Position numbers and translations under genes: made by a program
Notes under the pieces: generated by a model
What the model was told of the DNA's origin: nothing
The model's input: only the letters and a program-made list of their open reading frames with translations
Databases searched by the model: none
NCBI RefSeq assembly: GCF_009914755.1
Contig: NC_060929.1
Reading direction: 5' to 3' (one strand)
Length of the DNA: 64,000 nucleotides
Origin: the human T2T-CHM13v2.0 reference genome, Homo sapiens
Part shown: piece by piece, positions 47,452 through 62,214 of the stretch
How positions within the stretch are numbered: position 1 is the first letter of the stretch
Layout: each line of letters opens with the position of its first letter

Positions 47452-48299
47452 TATCTGAGGCTTTCTTAAGTGTGGTGGTCAGAAAAGACCTCTTCAGTGA
47501 GCTGAGACCTTAGAGCCAACCATTACCATTACAAAATGGTGGAAAATGTGGAAGGAACCATTACACATAGAATTACAAATAGAAGAACCTTCTATTACAA
47601 ATAGAAGAACCTTGGCAAATTAAAAAACCTCAGTTCCGTGGAACTGAGACCAGGGAAATGCTGGGAGTTTGATGGCCAGAAAGAAGCTCTGTGAGACCAA
47701 AGTGTAATTAACAAAGAGAGAGTAGTATAAGATGAGGCAAAAGAGCGATACATGGGTTTTTGGCTCATGTAAGTTCTCATAGGCAATGATAAAAACTGCA
47801 GTTTTCATCTGAAGAGAACTTTGCAAAATTTTGGTAAATATCTATCCTCTTTCTCCTTTCTGTCTTAGAACTTCCATTCCCTTGCTTCTGAGAGTCTCCT
47901 AATATTGCAGCTCTCCCGTTAGCCCCTTGTCCAAAGATCTTTTTTGGTCTTTTCTCATGTAATGTGCCTTCCAGCTTCCCACTTTCTTAGGGACCTACCA
48001 GGCAATTTGTAAACTAATCTGATAAACCAATATGAATTAAAGCATTCATAGGTAATGTCACTTAAAATGGTATTCCCCTAAGATAGTATCTTTCCTATAA
48101 AACAGCCTTTATTATCTAGACTGCAAGGAGTAAATACTTTGGAAGTTACAGCTATTTAACAGAAAAAAAAAAAAAACCCCACAATATAAGCAGCTGCTTT
48201 TTTCCCCTCCCATGAAAAGGAATATACTTGTGTGAACTGTTCAGTTCAGCTGGTTAGAAATCAGGAAGTATTATTATCACCCTTGGTTTAACAATCACT

Positions 48300-48640
48300 A
48301 GGATTTATTAAGCCCCTCTTGTGCACCAGGCACTACACTAGATACTTTATATACATAATTTCATTTAATTATCATTACCAGTCCCATAAATTCCCAATTT
48401 ATAGATGAAGAAAGTGAGGCTCAAAGGCTTATCTGCCTTGCACTGTGAACTTGTGATGAGAACAGGTTTCGAAATATAAAAGGCAATCCATAAGAATTTG
48501 CTTAATAAATGCATGATTGGAATGAATAAGTGAATGAATAAATAAGTAAATAAGCCACACAGCCTGGGAGTTAGTGGATAGAGCTATGATTGGATTCAGC
48601 CCTCATGGACATAGAAGCCCATGCTATTCTATATAATGAT
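48300..48640 (-). mobile_element. MIR (with small L2-end-like insert)
   Basis: tttattaagc...ccaggcact...atttcatttaat...tttatagatgaagaaagtgaggctca. Confidence 0.75.
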
Positions 48641-49755
48641 GCCTTCCTCATTTAGTACGTGATGAATTTGATATTCTGATCTACAGTTCAGAGCATAGTT
48701 TATTCAAAGGCAAAAGGAACATGTCCAATGAGGCAGTTAGAGGATTTCTGTCAGTTAGAGGATCTCCTCCCTTAATTTTTCTGGTTGTGGGGAGCAATTT
48801 GCTACGTCTACTGAGGAATTCAGCCTGATTAGATGACTAAATTCTGATAGTAATGTTATTTTGATAAGACCAAAAATTTCCCCAAAGGTGTTTGCAAGGA
48901 ACGCACACACATGTGTGCACACACATGCATACACACAGATAGGTAGACACGTTCTGTGAGTGAGAAAAATGCCACATGGACATGGAAGGATCCAGCTCTT
49001 GCCTCTAGTCAGTGTTTATAACTAAGCTTGCTTCTTTGGGGTGATGTTCACTATCTTACCCATTCCAAAAAATAAATAAATAAAAACCCCGTGGTGTCTA
49101 AGAACGTGATAAGAGTTATCTTCAAGGAATACAATTTCATTCTTTGATTTTATTGAGATCTACACATCTCTGTCAGAAGTTGAACTAGTGCCAGAGTCTT
49201 TAAAACAGAAATAAATAAGCGTGTGGCTCTGATTCATCCTCTTCCGAAATCATACTGAACTCTTGGATGGGCACTCTCCTGAAGAGACGATGCTTCTATT
49301 TGTGTTATAAACCTGAACTTCAGGATAAGTGAGAGGAAGCTCTCCAAAAAGTGCTCTTGCAAAGCATTCCCCGTGTTACTGTATTGAAAGAAAATGTTCT
49401 TCAATAAAATATGTTTAGGAAATAAAGTGAATTATCTGAACTCTTAGCAATTTTCAAAGAACATTATTAAAGAACCTAAGAGGTCCTAAAAACCAAATAA
49501 ATAAATAACAACAATCTATATAACTTTGTTTACCCAATATACCCCATACAAATCTGGCCACAGTACACCATAAAAAGTACATGTAATTGATTAGTGGTCC
49601 ATTGAATATCTTTTGGGAAATGCTGACTTAGGAACTTTAAGTGGTTCATGATGGGTAGAAAAGTAAAATTTTTCTGTGTGCGTATAGCTGTCGTAATCCC
49701 TAGGGACTTGTGGGATAATTTGTAAGATTTTAAATGGGAAACATCTTTAGGGTAA

Positions 49756-50075
<320 letters not shown>

Positions 50076-50134
50076 GTGTGCTACTCTTATATATGGTAAA
50101 GTTACATCTGACTCTACCTGTAGGCAGCAACGCA

Positions 50135-50330
50135 TGGCAGGCGTGAAGGAGCACAGACTGCAGAGTCAAGTCCTACCATTGCCACTTACCACTCATGTGA
50201 CTTTGTATGACACTTAAATTCTTTGAACCTGATCTATAAACAGTACTTAGCTCGAAGGAAATTATGGAGCTAATGTAAACAAAGTGATTAGCATTGTGCT
50301 GGGCAAATACTAAGTGCTTAATAAGAGGCA
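50135..50330 (+). mobile_element. MIR
   Basis: gagcacagact..agagtca...gccacttac...tgtgacttt...ttagcattgtgctgggca..taagtgcttaataa. Confidence 0.75.
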
Positions 50331-51280
50331 CCTGTTTTATATCTTTCTCTTTTTGTCTGATGCTTCTTACGGGTTTTTGTAGAATCATTCACATTCTCTT
50401 ATAGAGCCCTCTTCTTGTCAGGGCATGCATTTGTAAGAAGGCCAAGTGGGTATTAACTATCTCATATATAGACCTCATTAGTGCAATTCACAAACCAAGA
50501 CCAGAGTTTTATGGAGACGGAATGTAGAGTTATTTCTTGCAATGTTACCCACACTCTTCTTTAGCTATAATATGCAGTTAAGTGGCACTTTGAAAAGCTA
50601 TTAGCACAAAAATCACTTATATTAAAACTAGTCTTAACATTAAAAATCAGTTTTTTATAAAAATCTGTGAATATCTCTTATGCTATTATTAAACCTGTGC
50701 AGGGATGTCCCCTTAAAAACCAAAATGGGTCTCATAAAATCATCCCCAAAGGAAATTTATAGTACAACATCCTGGAATGATGTTTACCATAAGTACAGAC
50801 CAGCAACTGCCAGACAAACATTTGTGTTTGCCAGGTATGCGAGTGATTGGTGGAATTTCAAACAAGGACTTTAAGTTATCCACAAAGACATTTGCTGCTC
50901 ATACATCTGTAACTGACATTTATAAAGGAAAAATCCCACTGTAGGCTTATAAAAAGATTTTGCACTTGCGTTCGTAAGGACTTCAGTAGGATTTCTATAC
51001 TATACATTACGTTTATTAATTTCGGAGTCAGAACATGACAACAGTTATTGTGTTAGGCTGACTATAATTATCAAGCTTGTTATTCCTTTGCCCCAATGCA
51101 TAGGTGCTCCATCTCATTCAGAGTAAAAGTGACAGTTCTTGAAAGGGGTTACTAGGCCCTCCGATCTCATTTAACCTCATCTCTCCTCCCCACTTACTCA
51201 CTCTGCCATAACGACACCATTCTTCTTGTTCTAGGCATGCTCCTACCTCAGGCCTTTGCATTTTTGTTTCCTTTTGTCTG

Positions 51281-51593
51281 TTTTTTTTTCTTTTCTTTTT
51301 TTTTTTTTTTTTTTGAGACGGGGTCTCACTCTGTCGCCAGGCTGGAGTGCAATGGTGTAATTGCGGCTCACTGCAACCTCCGCCTCCTGGGTTCAAGCAA
51401 TTCTCCTGCCTCAGCCTCCTGAGTAGCTGGGATTACAGGTGCCTGCCACCACACCAGGCTAATTTTTGTATTTTTAGTAGAGACGGGGTTTCACCATGTT
51501 GGTCAGGCTGGTCTCGAACTCCTGACCTCGTGATCCACCCGCCTTAACCTCCCAAAGTGCTGGGATTACAGGCGTGAGCCACCGCACCCAGCC
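51281..51593 (-). mobile_element. Alu (AluSg-like)
   Basis: Poly-T then antisense dimer. Confidence 0.95.
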
Positions 51594-51774
51594 TTCCCTC
51601 TGTCTTAAATTCTTTTCTTCAAGATACTCACAAAATTGATGTCTCAGTTCCTTCAGGTCTCTGCTCACATGTCATTTGTAAACTAACATGGTTTCCTCAA
51701 AAGTTTCTTCACACTTTATCCACCCCTGCTTTATATTTCTCCATAGCACTGAATACTATATGACATAGCCATAC

Positions 51775-51938
51775 CTGCTCATAGAATTCAATTACTAAAT
51801 TTCTCAAAAATTTGCCACGTGATTTTTTAAAACATTAAAACTTGAAATTGGCCATGTTGCAAATATTTACACCACGGTGACTGGCAATACTACCAGTCAT
51901 GACTTTTATTTAGAGAGCTGGTTTACCAGAACATGACA
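51775..51938. mobile_element. Possible MER63-like hAT relic
   Basis: ttggccatg...tatttacaccacgg..tggcaa...gagagctggtttaccag. Confidence 0.5.
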
Positions 51939-52222
51939 AGACATAATATTTATGTGCTTACATATATACTGTTGGTCAACACTATTGTATAATCTCAAAA
52001 AAGTGCAAAGAGTCTGTTTTGTTCACTACTGTTTATCTAGTGTCCTGGACAGAGTCTGACACACTTATGTCGAATGAATGATTGATGAGGATATCAAAAA
52101 TTAGGATTCTATGGCAGTTAATATTTGAGAAAGATGAGATTGGCCTTATCATCCATTCACTAATTTCGTCATTCAGTAAATATTTTTGAGAGCTCGTGTA
52201 CTAGGTGCTCACACTGTTCTAG

Positions 52223-52462
<240 letters not shown>

Positions 52463-52830
52463 TAATAGAGGAGAGAAAAACAGTGAACTAAAACAAACAC
52501 AAAAGATAAAAGCTGTAAGTTCAGATACTGATATGTTAGAAAAAATAAGTTTAGATATTGCTAATGCTTGTAAAACACTAAGACCACAACAAGGGAATGA
52601 ATAGAGAGGGGCTAGAGGAGGAGTTGATCTTTTACATACAGAAATCAGGTACAGCCTTTCTGAAAGTTGATGTTTGAACCGAGACATAAATGACAATTAA
52701 GTCTGCCAAACTCAGATCTAAGGAAAGAGCATTTCAAGCAGAAAGAAGAGCAAAGTGCAAGGCCCTGATATTGGACTGAGTTTGGTGAGCTGGAAGAACA
52801 GAATGAGGATCACAACTCTTAAAACATACT

Positions 52831-53218
<388 letters not shown>

Positions 53219-53479
53219 CTAGGCCATGAGAAACTCAGAGAGGAACATGATACAGTGTCAAGTTTGCAAAGATCAAAGGCAACAGAGGATGGTAAGTGAC
53301 CAATTACAAGCTAGTGCAGTGGTTCAGCATGTACACTGCAAAAATATACAGTCTGTGAGTGATAGTATGGACCACAAGGGATCCTGATCATTTTAGAGGT
53401 GAATTTAGCCAAAACATTCATGACATAATATCTTTGGCTTTTACACACTGTTCAAGATGAGATGAAAAGATGTAATATT

Positions 53480-53925
53480 CTGTACCTTTTATTAAAAGCT
53501 AATATAAACTTGATACTCAAACCAACCAAGGAAAGTATAAGACAGTTACAGCCAATCTCATTAAAGTTTTACATGCAAAAATCTTATTTAAAATATTAGC
53601 ATGCTACATAAAGCAATGTGTTAAAAATGCTTTGGAACCGGAAAAGGTTTCCCTCAAGAATTCATGGATGGTTTAACATTAGAAAAAACTACTAATGTAA
53701 TTAAATATGTTAACAGGTTAAAGGAGGAAGGAATAAATGGTCATCCCAAAAGATACAAAATAATTGGATAAAATTAAAGTCCATTCTTGATTAAAAAAAA
53801 AAAAAGAATCCAGGGAATCTAAGAAAACATTGCTAATATGATGAAGGTTTCTAGCAAAAAACTTACAGCAAACTCCTTAATAATAAAAGTTAGAAATACT
53901 CATTTTAAAGTAAACAAAAGGTTAA
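53480..53925 (+). mobile_element. Old L1M ORF2 fragment
   Basis: ttgatactcaaacca..aagga, acagccaatctca, atgcaaaaatctt..taaaatattagca, ggatggtttaacattagaaaa. Confidence 0.75.
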
Positions 53926-54269
<344 letters not shown>

Positions 54270-54344
54270 AGAATCTAACCACTCTTCATCATGTATATTT
54301 CCAGTATTATAACAATAGCTTTCTACCAAGTTTCCCTGCTTCTA

Positions 54345-54346
<2 letters not shown>

Positions 54347-54394
<48 letters not shown>
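54347..54394. repeat. (TG)24 microsatellite
   Basis: 48 nt perfect dinucleotide repeat. Confidence 0.97.
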
Positions 54395-54395
<1 letters not shown>

Positions 54396-55299
54396 AGGTA
54401 GAATTGATTTTTTGGTATATAACAATCTGTGCATAATTAATGTATACAACTTGGTCAATCTGGAGATGAGTATACACCCATGAAGCCACCACCACTATCT
54501 GTGTCATAGACCTATTCATCATGTTAAAAGCTTCCTCCCAATCTATTATATGTTACGATTACAAATTTTTGTGATAAGCATGCTTAACATGAGTTCTACT
54601 CTCTTAGAAAAATGTCAAGTATACAATACAGTACTGTTAACTATATTCACTATGTTGTACAACAGATCTGTAGGATTTATTTATCATCTATAACCAAAAC
54701 TTTGTACCCTTTGATGAACATCACATTTTTCTCTCTCCTCATCCTGTAGAAACCACCATTTCACTATATGCTTCTATGAATTTGATTATTTTAAATTTAT
54801 CACATATGTTGTATCATGTAGTATTTATCCTTCTGTGTCTCATTTCACCTAGCATAGTGACCTCTAGATTCATCCATAATGTCACAAATAGCAAAATTCC
54901 CTTTGGTTGAATAATATTTCATTGGATATATGTAACTCATTTTTATTCAAAATCACTAATTATCAGGGAAATGCAAATCAAAACCACACGAGCTATCACC
55001 TCATACCTGTTAGAATGGCTATTATCAAAAAAAGATAAATATTGAAGATGTGGAGAAAAGGGAACACTTATACACTGTTAGTGGAGTGTAAATTCATAAA
55101 GCCATTATAGGAACCAGCATAGATGTTCCTGAAAAAACTAAAAATAGAAATACCAAATCACCTAGCAATAGCACATCTGGGTATATGTCCCAAGGAATTG
55201 AAGGCAGAGTCAATTACAAAAGGTACAGATCTTTCTGTACTCCCTGTTCATTGCAGCATTATTCATAATAACCAAGACATGGAAGCAACTAAATATCCA
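54347..55299 (-). mobile_element. 5'-inverted L1 (L1MA-like) with TSD
   Basis: Antisense 3'UTR 54400-54948 joined to sense ORF2-end segment 54949-55300; 14-bp TSD tccctgcttctatt (54333-54346, 55300-55313). Confidence 0.88.
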
Positions 55300-55619
55300 T
55301 CCCTGCTTCTATTCTATGTGTATCTTTCACAGGAGCCTCAGTGATCTTTTAAAATTTTAAGTCAGATCACAGCTCAGAAGCCTGAAGTGACTCTCTGATC
55401 TTCGCTCCAACTTCTTTCTCCCTTGCTTTTTCTGGTGCAGCCACAGACTAGCCTTCTTGCTGTTCTTAAGACACGAAAGGCATGATCCCACTTCATGGTC
55501 GTGGTTCTAGCTGTTCCCTTTGTCTGAAATGCTTTGTACTGCCAGAAACTACTTGGCTGATTCCCATGGCAATTTCAAGTCTGATCAAATCTGCCCTTAA
55601 TGAGACTACTCTGACCACA

Positions 55620-56309
<690 letters not shown>

Positions 56310-56544
56310 CTTATTTTTTTATTTTGCATATCATCTTGCAAAACACCATATATTTTACTTATTTTTCATATTCTTAATTTGCAAGATAGTGAGCTCCACA
56401 AGGGCAATATTTCATTGCTGTTGTTCATTGATGTTTTTTGAGCATATAAAAGAGTGCCTAGAAAGAGTGGGTGTTCAATAGTACTTGTTGATTAAATGAA
56501 TGAACAAATGAATGAAGGAAAATCAATAAGAAGGTAGAAAAAGA

Positions 56545-57640
56545 GAACGTGGATAAGTAATATATAAACAGACAATTCATTGAACAGAACAACCAAATGA
56601 CTAATAAACACAGAAAAAGCTGCTCGATCTAGTAATAATCAATACAATGAAAAACGAAATCAAGATAACACTTATTCTCATCTGAATGGCAAAACAAATT
56701 AAGTCTAATAACACAAAGTATTGGTAAGAGTTTGTAGAAGCAAGTAGTGATGTAATTTAATATAAATTTGAAAGACTATTTTGAAGTTCATTTTATAATT
56801 CTGAATAAAATTATCCATATTCTTCAGCCTAGTGACTTCACTTCTAGATACATTTCCCAAATTAACTCTCCTACATGGACAAGAGAGGTTAGCAGCACTA
56901 TTTATAATAGTAGAAAAAGAAGCTACTCAAATCCTTCAATAGGACAAATATGAACTGTGGTTTATTCCTACAATGCAGTTTTATACAAATTTAAAAGTAA
57001 TAAGCCAGAACTACATATATTAATATGAATTCATATAAAAAACTGAATTTGGAGTAGAATTAGTACAACATGCAACCCCACTGGAATTTTTTTTTTTTTT
57101 TTTGAGATGGAGTCTCAGTCTGTCACACAGGCTAGAGTGCAATGATATGATCTCGGCTCACTGTAACTTCCTTCCCTGGTTCAAGCAATTCTCCTGCCTC
57201 AGCTTCCTAAGTAGCTGGGATTACAGGCGCCTGCCACCACACTCGGCTAATTTTTGTATTTTTAGTAGAGACAGGGTTTCACCATGCTGGCCAGGCTGGT
57301 GTTGAACTCCCGACCTCAGGCAATCCGCCCCCCTCGGCCTCCCAAAGTGCTGGGATTACATACGTGAGCCGCCACGTCCAGCCTGGAACTTTTTAAAGAC
57401 ACAACAATAATATCTATATTCCATATGGCTTTATATGTGTTTATGAAAATGCAAAAAATGCATGGGAATTGTAATACGTACTTGAGGAGAGTGATAACTT
57501 TTGGGAGAAACCAAGGAAGAGTTTAGATAATGGGGCTTTTGCACTATGAGTTATTAATTTCTGTTAAGATTTTTATGGTAAATATGATAACACCATGTAT
57601 TCAAATTTAGTGTGGGAGTCTTTCATGGTATTTTCTGTGA
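56545..57640 (+). mobile_element. Old L1ME 3' region (interrupted by Alu)
   Basis: aaacagacaattca, caaatgactaataaaca, aagtctaataacacaaagtattgg, aactgtggtttattc.tacaatg. Confidence 0.75.
57087..57383 (-). mobile_element. Alu (AluSq/Sx-like)
   Basis: Antisense dimer; TSD-like tggaa(c)ttttt. Confidence 0.95.
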
Positions 57641-57830
57641 TGTAATACCAAATTTTAAATTTTAAAATTTTAAATCAATATTTTGGCAAATAAGAGTAAA
57701 AGGGAGATGAAAAGAAAGATTGGGTGATAGCATAAGGGGGCAGCAAGGAAAATATAAAATGCTATTGGGAGAGGTGAGATCTGAGTATATTTGTAAGCAG
57801 GACAGAAGGGGCTTTGAAAACGGGGAAGCA

Positions 57831-58131
57831 GGCCGGGTGCGGTGACTCACGCCTGTAATCCCAGCACTTTGGGAGGCCAAGGCAGGTGGATCACGAGGTC
57901 AGGAGATCCAGACTATCATGGCTAACACGGTGAAACCCCGTCTCTACTAAAAATAGAAATAAATTAGCCGGGCACGGTGGCGGGCGCCTGTAGTCCCAGC
58001 TACCTGGGAGGCTGAGGCAGGAGAATGGCATGAACACGGGAGTCGGAGCTCTCAGTGAGCCGAGATCGCGCCGCTGCACTCCAGCCTGGGCGACAGAGCC
58101 AAACTCCGTCTCAAAAAAAAAAAAAAAAAAA
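57831..58131 (+). mobile_element. AluY-like
   Basis: ggctaacacggtgaaacccc, gaatggcatgaac, poly-A. Confidence 0.95.
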
Positions 58132-59558
58132 GGGGGCGGGGGGGATGCAGACAATATAAGAGAAAAGGTAAAAGTGTAAAATATTGATGTCATGTGTAGG
58201 ATGTCAAAACTAAGGCACATAAGTAGCTGTTAGTTTTGACAAGAGGGAGTCATATTTCTTCTACAAGAGGAGAGAAAAGGAAACACTAGTTGGAGGTACA
58301 GAGTTATATTGAAATACAGAAGAGAAAGATAAAGGGCACTCTAGCAAATTTAAATATTCTCAGTCAAGTTGAAGACAATGGGATATCAAGGCTATTTTCA
58401 GCCAGTAAGGTAATAAAGAGTTTTGATAATTTGAGGAGACCAGAGAAAGTTTGAAATCTCTGCAGGTATGTAGTAAGAAACTACTGCAGGTCTGTAGCAA
58501 GTAAATAGGAGAGTTACAAGCAACCCAAGCCTTATAAACCCAACTGTGTTAGAAATTGGTGAGTTTTTAACTATACGTGATTTTCATGCTGTACTTGATT
58601 TTTTAACTTCTTCCAGAAGTTCTCAGTAGCCAAATACAGGAAATGGATAGAGGGGCTTATTCAGAATTGAAAATCACCAGAATTATAAAAGCAAAAAGAA
58701 TAGTGAATCCATGAATCTATGGTGTTCAGGAGAGCATCAATTAAATAGCTAAGCCTAAGATCAAGGCAAGGAACAGAGGCAAATGAGAACCTCCAAAATC
58801 TCATAGAATGGAGAAATAGTAAGTTGAAAACATGAAGAAGTTGAAGTTATGATGAGGACAAAAGAACATTTTTAGCAAGACTACAATGACAAGAAGAATG
58901 AAAGAGGGAAGAAGTTGGCACTCTAGAATTTTGCAGTTTGTCATCTTTGATATTAGTTACTTCAGGATAAAATCAAGAAGTGCTTAAAGATGGAAAAAAT
59001 TGAGTGAAAATTATCATTAAAATCTGGGTGAGTCATACGAAACTCAAATACTAGATGATATAGTAAGTTTAAATGAACTAACAGAGGATGATGGAAACCA
59101 TGAAGTAGAAAGGACACACAGATAGCTGTTAAATTATTAGAGTATACTGCTATTATTTTAAAAACAAGGGTTAGGGGTGAATGTTATTTTTATTCAAATT
59201 TTTACAATTATTTTACTCAATGTTATGAAGTTTGTTTATAGTGATAGCATGTAGATATAATTTATTTGCAATTTTTCTAGTATTCATTTGCATGAATGCT
59301 CTCACATTTATTATCCACTCTCTAATGGTTTTCAGTTTTTTTGTTCTGACAAAATAATGCAAATATACATTTTATTTTAAAGTACGTTTTATTATAGTAT
59401 GCACACATGAGGAAAGATCTCTAGGACATTTATGTGAAAGGGAAATTCTAGGCTCCAGGTATATATATCTTCAACTCGAATATGCAAACTACAGAATGAT
59501 ATATACAGTAAATGACATTTTTGTAAATTTTTAAAATATGTAAACTTTATATATTTTC

Positions 59559-59952
59559 TGTGTTGGTCCAGTTTGCATTGCTATAAAGAAATGCCTGAGA
59601 CTTGGCAATTTGTAAAAAAAAAGAGGTTTATTTGGTTCATGGTTCTGCAGACTGTACAAGAAGTACTGCACCAGCATCTGCTTCTGGTAAGGCCTCAAGA
59701 AGCTTTTAATCATGGTGGTAGGCAAACAGGGAACTGGCATACCATATGGCAGGAAAGAGAACGAGAGAGAGATGGGGGGAATCCCAGACTTTTTAACATT
59801 AGATCTCATATGAACTCAGTACTCTCGGGAGGGCTTCAAGGCATTAATAGGGATCCAGCCCCATTACCCCAACGCCTCCCATAAGGCCCCCCTCCAACAG
59901 TGAGAATCATGTTTTAACATGAGATTTGGGGAGGACATCTAAACCATATTAC
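59559..59952 (-). mobile_element. MaLR solo LTR (MSTA/MSTB-like)
   Basis: ttgcattgctataaagaaat.cctgagact...aagaggttta..ggttctgcagactgtacaagaag...catgagatttgg...aaaccatatta. Confidence 0.9.
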
Positions 59953-60038
59953 GTGCATATCAACTAAAGATACAAAATTTGATCAGGAAGTGCAAGAATA
60001 AATATGAGGACAATGGTTACTCTAAAGAAGGAGACTTA

Positions 60039-60342
<304 letters not shown>

Positions 60343-60519
60343 GTAGGTGTTTAATATTTACGCATGTCATAAATTTGAAATATTTCAAAGTAAGATTAAA
60401 ATAATATCTTTTCAAAATGATACTGTTCATTGTAAAACGTTTAGAAGTCAAAATGAAAGTAGTAGATGAAAATAAAAATAACCTTCCATTTCAATACCCT
60501 GAATAAGAACTACTAATAT

Positions 60520-62103
60520 TGTGTCCGGAATTGGTGGGTTCCTGATTTCACTAACCTCAAGAATGAAGCCGCAGACCCTCATGGTATAAGTGTTCCAGTT
60601 CTTAAAGACGGTGTGTCCGAAGTTTGCTCCTTCTGATGTTCAGACGCGTTCAGAGTTTTTTCCTTCTAGTGGGTTCGTGGTCTTGCTAGCTTCAGGAGTG
60701 AAGCTGCAGACTTTCGTGGTGAGTGTTACAGCTCTTAAGGCGGCGCGCGTCTGGAATTGTTCATTCCTCCTGTCGGGAGTTGTTCATTCCTCCCTGTGGG
60801 TTCGTGGTCGCACTGGCCTCAGGAGTGAAACTGCAGACCTTTGCGGTGAGTGTCACAGCTCATAAAGGGAATGCAAACCAAAACAGTGAGCAGCAGCAAG
60901 ATTTACCGCAAACAGCAAAAGAACAAACCTTCCACACTGCAGAGAGAAACTGAGCAGGTTGCCACTGCTAGCTCTGGCAGCCTGCTTTTATTCCCTTATG
61001 TGGTCCCACCCACATCCTGCTGATTGGTCCATTTTACAGCAAGCTGATTGGTCTGTTTTACAGAGGCTGATTGGTCCGTTTTGGCAGGGTGCTGATTGGT
61101 GCGTTTACAACCCCTGAGCTAGACTCAAAAGCTCTCCAAGTCCCCACCAGATTAGCTAGACACAGGGTGCCGATTGGTGTACTTACAAACCTTGAGGTAG
61201 ACACAGGGTGCTGATTGGTGTGTTTACAAACCTTGAGCTAGATACAGAGTGCTGATTGGTATGTTTACAAACCTTGAGCTAGACACAGAGTGCTGATTGG
61301 TGCATCTACAATCCCTTAGCTAGACATAAAGGTTCTCCAAGTCCCCACCAGATTAGCTGGACACAGGGTGCTGATTGGCGCATTCACAAACCTTGAGCTA
61401 GACACAGAGTGCTGACGGGTGCATCTACAATCCCTTGGCTAGACATAAAGGTTCTCCAAGTCCCCACTAGACTCAGGAGCCCAGCTGGCTTCACCTAGTG
61501 GATCCTGCACCACGTCTGCAGGTGGAGCTGCCTGCCAGTCCCCTGCGGTGCGCCCACACTCCTCAGCCCATGGGCAGTGGTTGGGAGCCAGCGGCTGGCG
61601 CTCATAGAGGAGGTTCCAGCCGCGCAGGAGCTGACGGCGCAGGGCAGGCTCAGGCATGGCGGGCTGCGCGTCCCGAGCCCTTCCCCCGGGACGCAGCTGA
61701 GGCCTGGGGAGAGTTCGAGTGCAGCTCCGGCAGGCCAGCACTGCTGGGGGACCCGGCGCACCCTCCACAGCTGCTGGCCCGGGTGCTAAGCCCCTCACTG
61801 CCTGGGGCTGGCGGTGCCGGCCGGCCAATCCGAGTGCGCGCCCGCCGAGCCCACGCCCACCCGGAACTCGCGCTGGCCCGCAAGCGCCGCGCTCAGCCGC
61901 TGTTCCCACCCACGCCTCTCCCTCCATACCTCCCTGCAAGCTGAGGTAGCCGGCTCTGGCCTCGGCTAGCCCAGAAAGGGGCTCCCACAGTGCAGCAGCG
62001 GGCTGAAGGGCTCCTCAAGCGTGGCCAGAGTGGGCGCTGAGGCCGAGGAGGCACCGAGAGCGAGCGAGGGCTGCAAGGTCTGCCAGCACGCTGTCACTTC
62101 TCA
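60520..62103 (-). mobile_element. ERV9 solo LTR (LTR12C-like), full length
   Basis: Ends tgtgtccggaattggtggg... and ...ctgccagcacgctgtcacttctca; U5 repeats gtgaagctgcagac; U3 tandem gctgattgg repeats; GC/CpG-rich U3; 1584 bp; flanks atat/ctat. Confidence 0.96.
61015..61470 (-). repeat. LTR12 U3 tandem ~41-bp CCAAT-box repeats
   Basis: Nine gattgg boxes; recurring unit gctagacacag(a/g)gtgctgattggtg..tttacaaaccttga. Confidence 0.93.
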
Positions 62104-62214
62104 CTATTTTGGTATGTTTTCCACTAGACACACACATGTATACGTAGATTATATTTTGTATCATGTTTTAAGATGCACTTCTGTTTTACTTAACAACAAA
62201 AATGTTACTAAACT

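Larger units (their letters stand above)
51100..52085 (+). mobile_element. L2 (interrupted by Alu and a hAT relic)
   Basis: ctcattcagagtaaaag, ctcctacctcaggcctttgca, tccttcaggtctctgctca, tctgttttgttcact...gaatgaatga end. Confidence 0.75.

Noticed and set aside
61015-61470. Regular ~41-bp repeats superficially like a CRISPR array
   Set aside because: No unique spacers and no cas genes; these are the LTR12 U3 tandem repeats in primate DNA
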